IMG/VR virus record: IMGVR_UViG_3300044259_000151 | Coordinates: 1 to 58,262 of that record | Strand: one strand, 5' to 3' | Source of the DNA: a virus | Lineage: Duplodnaviria > Caudoviricetes | DNA: 58,262 nt | Shown: piece by piece, positions 27,726 through 36,330 of the stretch | Numbering within the stretch: position 1 is the first letter of the stretch | How the letters are laid out: each line of letters opens with the position of its first letter | Program-made: the position numbers and the translations under genes | Notes under the pieces: generated by a model | Told to the model about the DNA's origin: nothing | Database searches by the model: none | The model's input: the letters and a program-made list of their open reading frames with translations, nothing else

Positions 27726-28180
27726 GCGCCTATCTCAACCATATCACGCTGGAGACAGGCCATGTGCACAGATCGCCGCGCGCGGACATCTCGGCCGAAA
27801 CGCTGCAGTTTGTCACGCCGCACCTGATGCGGGCGATTGAGCGGGGAGAGGACGTCATCCTTGCGCCCGGCGAAACAGGGGAGTTTGTGTTGCGGGCCAC
27901 GGCGGCCGGTGCATTTTTGCTGGCCACGGCGATCTCCAGGCGGCACGGCCCGCTGATCACGTTTGGCGTCGCGCCGAGATCCCGCAATGCCGGCAGATTA
28001 TGGGAGAGCCTGCATCAGGGCCGCACTGTCGAGACGCATAGGGGCGACGTGCCGGCCGCGCCGTGGCTGGCGGCGCGGATGGAAACCACCAATGTCTTGG
28101 CCTTGGCCTCCGCGCGGTGGCTGGCGGATTACAGCCGGTGCTTGGCATGGGCATGGATCGAAAGCCGCAAGGCAGGCTGA
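27722..28180 (+). CDS. Hypothetical protein
   Basis: YLNHITLETGH..RSPR N-terminus; ATGA coupling. Confidence 0.7.
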   Translation: MSAYLNHITLETGHVHRSPRADISAETLQFVTPHLMRAIERGEDVILAPGETGEFVLRATAAGAFLLATAISRRHGPLITFGVAPRSRNAGRLWESLHQGRTVETHRGDVPAAPWLAARMETTNVLALASARWLADYSRCLAWAWIESRKAG

Positions 28181-28184
28181 AAAA

Positions 28185-28296
28185 ATACGCTGATAGCGCA
28201 TTTTGCGGTTGACGGCGATACGCTGTCAGCGTATAACGGTCTCATCAACAGAGGTTGATGCGGGCGCCTCGCCAAGACAGGGGCGGAGACAAGACC
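28185..28296 (+). promoter_or_regulatory. Operator/promoter/structured-leader unit, copy 2
   Basis: ATACGCTGATAGCGCAT (28185-28201) and perfect ATACGCTGTCAGCGTAT (28218-28234); TTGACG-17bp-TATAAC; leader homologous to copy 1. Confidence 0.85.
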
Positions 28297-28641
28297 ATGA
28301 TTACCAAGTCCAAGATTTTCAGCGCAGCATGGGCCGTCGCAAAGCAGGGCGCCGCAAAGTTCGGCGGCTCGGCCCGCCAGTATTTTGCCGAAGCGCTGCG
28401 CATGGCTTACGCCGCTGTTGCTGCCCGCGCCGCCAAGGCTGCCGCTCCGGTCATGACGACAGCCGCAAAGATCAACGCGCTGGCCAACATCCTGATGTCC
28501 TGGTCGCGCCCGGCTCGCAAGAGCTTTGCCTGGACTTTTGTCATGGATAATGCCGAGCGCGTTGCTCGTTTTGGCGAAAAGACCACGTTTTCCGCCAAGC
28601 AGATCGAAATCATCAACGATCTCTATGCAAAATACGCTTGA
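28297..28641 (+). CDS. Hypothetical basic protein
   Basis: KSKIFSAAW..AK...YFAEALRMAY N-terminal motif; SAKQIEII C-terminal motif. Confidence 0.75.
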   Translation: MITKSKIFSAAWAVAKQGAAKFGGSARQYFAEALRMAYAAVAARAAKAAAPVMTTAAKINALANILMSWSRPARKSFAWTFVMDNAERVARFGEKTTFSAKQIEIINDLYAKYA

Positions 28642-28657
28642 TCAAGAAAGGCAAGAA

Positions 28658-28885
28658 ATGAGCGATCGCGACAAAATTCAACTTGCAGCAACACTTGCGG
28701 CAGAATGCCGCGCATGGCGCGACACGCATGGCATCACGGCAAAGCGCGGCGCGGAAATGCTGGGCATCCCGCACCGGACCTTGCAAAACGTCGAGCAATC
28801 CCGCGGTTTCCCCTACCCAGATCTCTTGCGCATTGGCATGGCCGCAATTTCTGCTGGCCTCACTCCTCCCCCGTCCGCACCGTAA
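28658..28885 (+). CDS. Small XRE-type HTH regulator (Aca-like position)
   Basis: CRAWRDTHGITAKRGAEMLGIPHRTLQNVEQSRG HTH; last gene of the cassette. Confidence 0.8.
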   Translation: MSDRDKIQLAATLAAECRAWRDTHGITAKRGAEMLGIPHRTLQNVEQSRGFPYPDLLRIGMAAISAGLTPPPSAP

Positions 28886-29144
28886 AGCGCTTGATCAGCG
28901 GTCCCGCCAGCCAGGGGCTGGCGAAGGCCACCAGCATGGCGCCGGCCATGACCCTTTCGGGGTTGGCAATGTCCCATCGGAAAAGCTCGACGGGCACAAA
29001 ATAGAGAACAGCGCCGGCGATGATCGAGAACAGAAGCCGACACAGCATGTCGAGCAGGTTTTTGGGTCGCACGAACAACAGTCCGGCGACGGCCCCGAGA
29101 AGAGCGCCGAAGGCCTTCAGAAACAACAAGTCAGCGTTGATCAC
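28860..29144 (-). CDS. Small multi-pass membrane protein (holin-like)
   Basis: GTG start; three hydrophobic segments; end of the late operon. Confidence 0.6.
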   Translation of the reverse strand: MINADLLFLKAFGALLGAVAGLLFVRPKNLLDMLCRLLFSIIAGAVLYFVPVELFRWDIANPERVMAGAMLVAFASPWLAGPLIKRFTVRTGEE

Positions 29145-29692
29145 CCTCCCCGCTCCCTCGGCCAATCCCATCGCGCCTTGGAGGCGCGCGTCGGCCGGAA
29201 TCGCGACGTGGCGGCAGAGACAAGAGGCGCAGAAGCATGACGGCCATGACGCCGAGGCAGATCCATCCCATCGGCCCAGTCCCTCACACCACGATAGCCA
29301 ATCATCAGCAGAGCAGCGGCCGTGATTGCCTCCAGAATGGAGGAATAGGCATCCACGGGCAGCGGCGGTGGGGTCCCGCTCAAAATTGCAAGCGTCTGGA
29401 TGAAGCTGACCATCGAGGATGTCGCGAACGGCACGAACAGCCTCCAGTAATCCCGCTCGTCCTCGTGCACCGCATGGATGAAATAGGCCAGCGCCGCATC
29501 GCAGAGGAAGGTCACGGCAGGCGGCGCCCACGGCGCATCGGTCAGATGCGCCCGCGTGAAAGCGACGGACGCCACATAGGATAGCGCAATGCCGCAAACC
29601 CACAGCCGGCCATGCGGCACGCGCCGCGCCGGCCACCAGGTAAGGAAGGCAAGCACGGCCAGCGCAAAATGATACCAGCCGAGCCCCAGCAT
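29141..29692 (-). CDS. Multi-pass membrane protein
   Basis: About five hydrophobic segments; TGATG coupling. Confidence 0.65.
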   Translation of the reverse strand: MLGLGWYHFALAVLAFLTWWPARRVPHGRLWVCGIALSYVASVAFTRAHLTDAPWAPPAVTFLCDAALAYFIHAVHEDERDYWRLFVPFATSSMVSFIQTLAILSGTPPPLPVDAYSSILEAITAAALLMIGYRGVRDWADGMDLPRRHGRHASAPLVSAATSRFRPTRASKARWDWPRERGG

Positions 29693-30027
29693 CAGCGTCC
29701 CCCGCCCATGACGGTGACGCCACCCGTGGCGGCGTAGGCATCCGGCAGCACCACATCGCAATCAGCCTTCTTCGCGGCCAACGTGCAGATCTCATGGCCC
29801 GCAATGGTCTTTTCCAGCGCGCCCGCCAAGTTGCCCTTGGCCGATGTGAAAAGGCTCCTGATCCGCAGAAATTGGCCCTGCGTGCCGATCTCCAGCGCAT
29901 GGCAGGCGGCGATCGCCGCGATCAGCTGGTCATAAAGCGCCTGCTGGCGCTCGTTTTCGGCCTCGATCTCGGCGAGGATCTTTACGGCAGCCTCAACGGC
30001 CGCCAGCTTTTCGGCTTGCGTTGACAT
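29692..30027 (-). CDS. Hypothetical protein
   Basis: AAAGGA RBS; 111 aa. Confidence 0.65.
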   Translation of the reverse strand: MSTQAEKLAAVEAAVKILAEIEAENERQQALYDQLIAAIAACHALEIGTQGQFLRIRSLFTSAKGNLAGALEKTIAGHEICTLAAKKADCDVVLPDAYAATGGVTVMGGGR

Positions 30028-30125
30028 GGGGGACGGTCCTTTCGGGTGGAGTGGTGGTCAGGCAGTCGTCAAGCAATCCTTGACGACTTCAGGCACGTAC
30101 ACATGCGGTTAGGGAGGCGACATGG

Positions 30126-30275
30126 TCAGGCTGGCTTAGGAGCCAACCGGTCCATGATAGCAAGGAGCATCTCAATCTCTTCCGCTTCAAGCGTGTCACC
30201 ACTCCGCCCCTCATCGCGGTTGGCTCTCAGGCCTTCGATGAGCGTACGCTCATCCTCACTAAGATTATCGTCCAT
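30126..30275 (-). CDS. Small acidic hypothetical protein
   Basis: AAAGGA RBS; MDDNLSEDER. Confidence 0.4.
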   Translation of the reverse strand: MDDNLSEDERTLIEGLRANRDEGRSGDTLEAEEIEMLLAIMDRLAPKPA

Positions 30276-30300
30276 GTGCTCATCCTTTGATCTTGGGGTG

Positions 30301-32253
30301 TCACCACCCATAGATATTGATGTGATCCGCGAGGCCAATACCGCCAAAGTACGAGCCGCGGTTAGAGAGGTGGATGACATCGCCCAGGCACGACCGCGGC
30401 GCGAGACCCGCAGCAGCGTCTGCCACATCGTTTGCGGAGCCATCTGACCCGTTCGCCACCAGATAGCCCTGAATGTCAAATACGCGAGAGGCGGGCATAT
30501 TTGCCTTGAGCCAAGCATTCGCGGCTTTTTTCTGCGTCTCCCGGATTGTGCCTTGGTCGTCATAGGTCACGATCAGTGTAAAATACAGGCATCCTCCAGA
30601 TGTCTGTTCATCGATCCATTGGTAAAATGGGATGACGCGGGACCATAGCTCCGTGTCGGTGCCAGCGTTATTGTGGCCGGTCCAGACGAGCAGGCGAGAT
30701 CCTGGATAGAGGTCTTTGTTGGCGAGATATTGCGCTTTCGCGCTCACGTCCACGCTTTCGTCGGGCTTGAGGCCGTCCGTGACCGATCCACCCAACCCTT
30801 TGCGGACAAAAGTGCGCGGTGCCTCGGCGACACGGGTACGCGCTACGTGTGCGTAGCCAAGATATGCCAGCGTAGCGGCAGTCTGGATTGACAGGCTGTC
30901 ACCAACACCGAGCCACTGGCGCTTGGACGATGCCAGTGCGGCAAGCTCCACGTCGGTCGGCGCCGTGGATTTGAGCCAAAACTCCTGCATCCACGCGCCG
31001 GCCTGATTAAAGCCGTTGGACCGGCACCCGATATAGACCCGGCTGATAGACGGATTGAGCGTGATAGCAGCCGAGTTGCCGATCACACCCTCAATTGCCG
31101 ACTTCTGAAAGCCGTCAGAGGACCAGCGCCGAGCGTAGCGGTACGACTGCCGCTGGATATCCCAGCCGTCAAGACCGGGCGTTCCGCTGGGCATATTGGT
31201 CGGGCCCGCCTCCATCAACACATTGCTGGTGGTGCCATCAGAGATCGAAAATGCATAGCGGTTTTCCCCACCACCACCATTGCGATCACACGCATTGACA
31301 GACCTATACATGATGGCTCCCTGCGTCTTGCTCACGCCGACTGCCGTCATGGGGATATACAACACATCTGCCGAGACGCTTTGCACAGTGCCAGTCGTCA
31401 GCAGCGGTGGTCCCGTGTAGATGGTATCGCAGAGAGTCAGGTAATCCACCTGGATCTGATCACCGGATGTCGCGATCTTGACCCCTACCGAGGGATTTGT
31501 GGTGCCGACCACGTATGTATTGACACGCGCATAGCGGTCGCTGCGGAGCCACTCAGTGATATCGACCCATGTCGCGCCGCCATCGGCGGTGATCGAAATT
31601 GCGCCGCTGCCCGTCACTCGCTTGATGTAGAGGGCAAGGCCGCGATTGCGCGACACGGCGTCGGTGATTGCCTGCAGCGACGTGGCATTTGCAGCGGTCG
31701 CGGTCAGCAGGGTCGCCGCATTTGCCGCACCGTCCAGACCGGTCGCGGTTTTGGCAGCCGTCACATTGGTGTGCGTCCAGACTGCATTGGTCCAATCGCG
31801 ACCCCAGAGATTGCGGGGAGTGAGGGCAGGCCAAAATGACGGGCCGAGCGGCTGCAGTGTCGCGGGGTCGTACTCGATCGGCAGCACACCCGCTGCGGCC
31901 TCGACCCGGACGCCAGACGCATTGATGTACGGCTTGACGCCAGAGCGCGTATAGACAGCGCCCATCGCCGTCAACGCCGCCGCAGCCGTATTGTAAACGA
32001 CGCCGTTGTAGTAGCCACGGTCGCCAGTCCAATCAATGCCGAGATCGGCGCGCACCCATGACGGGATTGCGCCTTGGGGCACCGGCACGAGATACGTGGT
32101 ATCCCGCAGCCATCCATTGCCATCTGTGGCACGCACGGTAATGCTCTGGTCTCCAGCGATCAGTTCGCCGGCAGCCTCGATCTCAGGGCCGGTTGAGGCG
32201 CGAAGCCGAAATTGGCCTCCTGCCGAGTCGCGCATCGTATAGGTCAAGCTCAT
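30301..32253 (-). CDS. Multidomain protein: partial cadherin-like, beta-sandwich/LamG-like, and C-terminal SGNH/GDSL hydrolase
   Basis: GVGDSLS, GLGG, GHNN and DVIH SGNH blocks; SITVRATD cadherin-like strand; start trimmed to MSLTYT. Confidence 0.75.
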   Translation of the reverse strand: MSLTYTMRDSAGGQFRLRASTGPEIEAAGELIAGDQSITVRATDGNGWLRDTTYLVPVPQGAIPSWVRADLGIDWTGDRGYYNGVVYNTAAAALTAMGAVYTRSGVKPYINASGVRVEAAAGVLPIEYDPATLQPLGPSFWPALTPRNLWGRDWTNAVWTHTNVTAAKTATGLDGAANAATLLTATAANATSLQAITDAVSRNRGLALYIKRVTGSGAISITADGGATWVDITEWLRSDRYARVNTYVVGTTNPSVGVKIATSGDQIQVDYLTLCDTIYTGPPLLTTGTVQSVSADVLYIPMTAVGVSKTQGAIMYRSVNACDRNGGGGENRYAFSISDGTTSNVLMEAGPTNMPSGTPGLDGWDIQRQSYRYARRWSSDGFQKSAIEGVIGNSAAITLNPSISRVYIGCRSNGFNQAGAWMQEFWLKSTAPTDVELAALASSKRQWLGVGDSLSIQTAATLAYLGYAHVARTRVAEAPRTFVRKGLGGSVTDGLKPDESVDVSAKAQYLANKDLYPGSRLLVWTGHNNAGTDTELWSRVIPFYQWIDEQTSGGCLYFTLIVTYDDQGTIRETQKKAANAWLKANMPASRVFDIQGYLVANGSDGSANDVADAAAGLAPRSCLGDVIHLSNRGSYFGGIGLADHINIYGW

Positions 32254-32495
32254 TAGACTGTCCTCAGTGTGCCGATAAGCGTGCCAATCGGCGTATCCGT
32301 GGAGACGCCGGACGCTAGGTCCAGCGTGATATTGGATGGCCGGCGTGGGCCGAGTGTGTAGGAGAGCGTGCCGACGACAGTGCCAATCGGCGTGTCCGTA
32401 GAAATCCCCGACGCCAGCGTGAGGCTCACAATAGCTGGATCGCCACCACCCCCGCCGCGGGTGGCGCTGAGCGAAAGGCTCAAGGAAAGTCGCAT
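32253..32495 (-). CDS. Small protein with a duplicated cadherin-like N-terminal segment
   Basis: ASG(I/V)STDTPIGT(V/L)(V/I)GTL occurs twice; GGAGG RBS. Confidence 0.6.
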   Translation of the reverse strand: MRLSLSLSLSATRGGGGGDPAIVSLTLASGISTDTPIGTVVGTLSYTLGPRRPSNITLDLASGVSTDTPIGTLIGTLRTV

Positions 32496-32498
32496 GGC

Positions 32499-32897
32499 TT
32501 AGTCCTCCACCGTGGCAACCGTGGCCGTGGCAGCCGTCACCCGCCGCACGCTGCCCTTGCTTCCAAAATTGTCGAAGTCCTTGGCGCTCAGGCGCCGGCG
32601 ATAATCGGTCCACCAGGCGCCGCATGCGGCCGCCTGGTCATTGCGGCTGGTGCGCAGCACGCGCCATCGGTCCAGCGTCACCACCCAAGGCTCATCGGCG
32701 CGAGGATGCGCGGCCTGCATTTCAGCGGTGCAGGTCTCCGGCAGCTTTTGCGGCAAGTTTTTCGCCAGTTCGCCCGTCACGGCTCGCGCGCTTGTTGTGG
32801 CGGAAAGGTGGCCCTGCTGGCTGCTCTGGCAGGCGGTCAACGTCAGCGCCGGCAAGGCCAGCAGCGCCGCAATCAACGCGATGCGCGATCGAGCCAT
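32499..32897 (-). CDS. o-spanin (Rz1-like lipoprotein)
   Basis: Signal peptide with lipobox LTAC; overlaps the i-spanin 3' end. Confidence 0.7.
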   Translation of the reverse strand: MARSRIALIAALLALPALTLTACQSSQQGHLSATTSARAVTGELAKNLPQKLPETCTAEMQAAHPRADEPWVVTLDRWRVLRTSRNDQAAACGAWWTDYRRRLSAKDFDNFGSKGSVRRVTAATATVATVED

Positions 32898-33262
32898 TGC
32901 AGATCCTCCGCACTGGGATAGGTCAGCCCCGGCTGCGCAGCCGCCTCTGCCGCCCGCGCCTTGCGGGCCACTTCGCGCTCATCGGCGGTGCGCGCCAGCC
33001 CGGCCGCGCGCTCCCGCTCGGCATCCGCTGCATCATCGGCCACCTGCCGCAGTCGCTCGGCTTCCGCCAGGCGGGCGGCAAGCGCATCGCGCTCGGCGGC
33101 GGAGACCATGGTTTCAATCCGTGCATCGCAAGCGGCCTTCTCTTCAGTGCGAAGGGTGGCGTCATGCGCGGCGAGCCACAGCCGGGCGCCCAGCAGCGCA
33201 GCCGCCAGCGCCGCCGCAAGCCCAAGCCAGCGGCCCAAAGGGGAAAACAGAAACGTCAGCAT
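32873..33262 (-). CDS. i-spanin (Rz-like)
   Basis: N-terminal TM helix followed by an Ala-rich coiled coil; in the lysis cassette. Confidence 0.7.
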   Translation of the reverse strand: MLTFLFSPLGRWLGLAAALAAALLGARLWLAAHDATLRTEEKAACDARIETMVSAAERDALAARLAEAERLRQVADDAADAERERAAGLARTADEREVARKARAAEAAAQPGLTYPSAEDLQWLDRASR

Positions 33263-33519
33263 CAGCCTTTGCCTTCCGCCGGCGCCACGTTTTGCGCGAT
33301 GCCCGCCAGCAGCTCGCTGGCCTTGTTGCGGTCATCCAGCATCGCCACACCCAGATAGGCGCCGGATACGGCAATCAGCGTCATGAATGCGCCCGTCACG
33401 ATGGACTGGCGCACCGGGTCTGCACCGCCAATCGCCATGCCGGCAAACAGCAGCAGAATGCAGGCGCAGACAATCAGGAAGACGATGCTGCGCCGCCATT
33501 TCCAAGATCTCTCCATCAC
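33262..33519 (-). CDS. Holin
   Basis: 85 aa, two TM helices, directly after the endolysin. Confidence 0.65.
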   Translation of the reverse strand: MMERSWKWRRSIVFLIVCACILLLFAGMAIGGADPVRQSIVTGAFMTLIAVSGAYLGVAMLDDRNKASELLAGIAQNVAPAEGKG

Positions 33520-34154
33520 AGGCCGCCTTTCCGCAGCGCGCCAAGAAACGCGCTGGCATAGCCCGCCACATCATCGGCGCGATCCATGGCGTTGATGATC
33601 TGCCGCGCCCCGCGCCAGTCCTCCACGGATGCATTGAAGAAATCGGCCAGTTTCCTGCCGGTGAAGCGGCCATGGATCATGCCGTCGAACAGGATGTGCA
33701 CGGCCACATCGTCTTCGAGCGCCTTGTCCGGATCGTTCTCGATGCCATAGGTGCGGTAATTGTTGCGGCCGGTGATCTGCACCAGACCGCGCCCGCGAAA
33801 GCGCCAGCCATCGCCGCTGGCCTCATCGCCATTGCCCATGCGGTTGGCATAGGCCCGGTTCGCAATTCTTTGCGGCTGCCTCTGGTAAGCCTGCGCTTCG
33901 GCATAGGAGAAATATTTCGGGAAGGTGGCGCGCAAGCCCGGCGCGCCATAGTTCAGGTTTTCCTGCACCGGCTGCATGGCCCGGCCCGTCTCGTGATAGG
34001 CAGTTGCCAGCATATAGGCCAGCCAGCGCGCATCAGTCAGCGCGTTGGCCGTCCACCGGTCCAGAATGGCATTGATGCCGCGCACCTGCGCTTGCGTCAT
34101 TTTCGACGCAAACAGGCGATCGCGCACGGCGGCGAAAAACGCTGCGGAGTTCAT
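33516..34154 (-). CDS. Endolysin, glycoside hydrolase family 19
   Basis: LATAYHET, ENLNY, YANRMGNG, GDGWRFRGRGLVQITGRNNY. Confidence 0.92.
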   Translation of the reverse strand: MNSAAFFAAVRDRLFASKMTQAQVRGINAILDRWTANALTDARWLAYMLATAYHETGRAMQPVQENLNYGAPGLRATFPKYFSYAEAQAYQRQPQRIANRAYANRMGNGDEASGDGWRFRGRGLVQITGRNNYRTYGIENDPDKALEDDVAVHILFDGMIHGRFTGRKLADFFNASVEDWRGARQIINAMDRADDVAGYASAFLGALRKGGL

Positions 34155-34218
34155 CGGATATCCATCAATCACGTTGCAATTTGCGCATATGCCGAAACGG
34201 CTTGAGCGCGCGGCGACC

Positions 34219-36321
34219 TTACGTCGTCTTGACGATCACGCTTGAACTGTTGTTGGTGATCAGCGTGCCCACGTTGAAACCTGTGGGATATCGAATGCTG
34301 CCGTTAGTGGTATCGGACGAAACCACGATGCCATAATCGAAATAGGCGAAATTCGGGGCATCCACACTGATATCCAGGCAGCTTTGGAAAAAGAGGCCAT
34401 ATTGAACGATCGAATCGTTCTGACCGCCGAATTTGGTGTTGTCGACAAAAACATCCGAGCACTGGTTGATGTACGCACACACATCATTGTTCTGTGTGGG
34501 GACGCCGGCCTGATCGGTCAGGTAGAAGAGGTTATCCGTCAGGAAAACAGACGCAGCCTTGGTCAGCTGAACACACCCGCGATTGGCGGCGATATGCGTG
34601 CCGCGCACGGCAAAGTGCGGGCGCACATCGGCCACCGATGTCTTGCGAACGCCCCAATTCACCGCCGCCGCAGAACAATCCTCAATACGAACACCCTCGC
34701 ATTCATCTCCCGAAATAAGCCAGGCATCCTGGGCACCAGCAATGTCGCAACGGCGGAAGTGGTTATCAATGCAACGCGTGCCGATGTCAAAAGCCGCCTC
34801 GTACCAATGGCTTGACCCACGAATTTCGATGTTTTCGAAATTGCCGCCACAAATGTGCTGCATGAAGACGGCCTTGTTGAAGTAATTTGCATCCCACGAA
34901 AGGATTGCCACCCTGTTGATGTGTGCGCTGTTGCGAAAATCAGGGCCACTGTCACCACTCAGCGAAAGCGCCGTGCCGGCATTGGGAATGAGCGGGATCA
35001 GACCAAGATCGTACATCTCGATCGTGTCATTATCGTTTACGCCGATCGGAACGCCGCCAGAACCGGCAAACATCAACATGGACGTATATTGCCCCGCACC
35101 ATTGATCCGGACAGATTTGTCAATGGATGTGATCGACGTCAGATAATATCCGCCCTCCGGAAGGTAAACGGGGAACGGGCTACCAAACGGCCCGAATCCA
35201 TAGAACGTCTGTTGTTTCGCCGCCGCATAGGCAATCGCCGCATTGATGGCCACGTCATTCACCTGCTGCGTCAGCGCCGAGGCGGATGGCAAGAGCCGCT
35301 GCGCCGCGCCGAGGCTGCTGCCGAACAGGCTGGACAGCAATCGGCTGTTGCCATCACCCCAGGCGCCAAACTGGCGCACATTGGCGCAATCACACACCAG
35401 CTCGTACCATGCCGTACTGGCATCGCTCAGCGTGATATAGAGTTTGCCCGGATGGCTCGGCTCGGATGACACTTTCTTGTAGGTCGCGCCCCCACGGTCT
35501 CCGGGTGCATAAAAGCCGCCGGTGGTGATGAGATCCGGCGCCACCTTTGGCCGGTAGAAAGCCGACACTACCCAGGCCGCGCTGGGATGGATGCGCTCGA
35601 TCGTCTGCGTCTCGTAGCCGGACAGGTCCGACTTGACGGTCAACATCCGGCCGCCATCGCCACTGGCGAGAATTGGCAAATTGACACTGGCCGCCGCCGC
35701 CACCGCCTCATCGCGCGCGGCCTCCGCCTGCGCCACCAGCGCCGATACGTCCTGGTCATTGAGCAGCCTGAACGTGCTGTCCGAGGTGCGCACCCGCCCC
35801 CACACATCCATGCCAGCGGTCAGGGCGCTTGCGTTGCTGCCCCGGTTGGTCTTGAGGGTCAGCGCCGCACCGCCATTGATCGACACGGTCACCGGGCTGC
35901 CGGTGGTCGATTCGAACAGGGAAAAACAATAGACCGCGCCGTCGAAAGAGGGGACCACGGACGTCACCTGAATGGCATTCGCCGTGCCCGCACCACTGTC
36001 TTCTGCGACGGAAAAGGCATAGGGCAGCGCAAGGATTTTGTCCCACGATCCGGATCCGGATGCGCCGATCTTGCGGTAGATGCCATTGTAGCTGGCCGTG
36101 CCGTCGGCATAGACCCAGGCCATCACATCAGCCGCATGCGCCAGATCCGCATAAAGCAGCGCGCGGGTGGATTTTGCAATGGAGCCGGCGCCCGAGGAAT
36201 AGGCATCAATGGCCGCCTCATACTGCGTCAGCAGCGCGCGGATCTGCGATTTTTCCGGCTGCGCAGGCGACGAGCCGGGGCCATCCGCGTAAACCGTTGC
36301 GGCGTTCGGAGAAAAAACCAT
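34219..36321 (-). CDS. Tail fibre/tailspike with a C-terminal beta-helix (putative polysaccharide depolymerase)
   Basis: GFYAPGDRGGATY, NVRQFGAWGDG, INAAI, VYLPEGGY, then beta-helix-like repeats; lower GC in the C-terminal half. Confidence 0.85.
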   Translation of the reverse strand: MVFSPNAATVYADGPGSSPAQPEKSQIRALLTQYEAAIDAYSSGAGSIAKSTRALLYADLAHAADVMAWVYADGTASYNGIYRKIGASGSGSWDKILALPYAFSVAEDSGAGTANAIQVTSVVPSFDGAVYCFSLFESTTGSPVTVSINGGAALTLKTNRGSNASALTAGMDVWGRVRTSDSTFRLLNDQDVSALVAQAEAARDEAVAAAASVNLPILASGDGGRMLTVKSDLSGYETQTIERIHPSAAWVVSAFYRPKVAPDLITTGGFYAPGDRGGATYKKVSSEPSHPGKLYITLSDASTAWYELVCDCANVRQFGAWGDGNSRLLSSLFGSSLGAAQRLLPSASALTQQVNDVAINAAIAYAAAKQQTFYGFGPFGSPFPVYLPEGGYYLTSITSIDKSVRINGAGQYTSMLMFAGSGGVPIGVNDNDTIEMYDLGLIPLIPNAGTALSLSGDSGPDFRNSAHINRVAILSWDANYFNKAVFMQHICGGNFENIEIRGSSHWYEAAFDIGTRCIDNHFRRCDIAGAQDAWLISGDECEGVRIEDCSAAAVNWGVRKTSVADVRPHFAVRGTHIAANRGCVQLTKAASVFLTDNLFYLTDQAGVPTQNNDVCAYINQCSDVFVDNTKFGGQNDSIVQYGLFFQSCLDISVDAPNFAYFDYGIVVSSDTTNGSIRYPTGFNVGTLITNNSSSVIVKTT

Positions 36322-36330
36322 GGGAAGACC

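Noticed and set aside
26512-28296. CRISPR array or mini-array interpretation of the repeated palindromes
   Set aside because: Only two spaced units, each overlapping -35/-10 boxes; no regular repeat-spacer period and no cas genes
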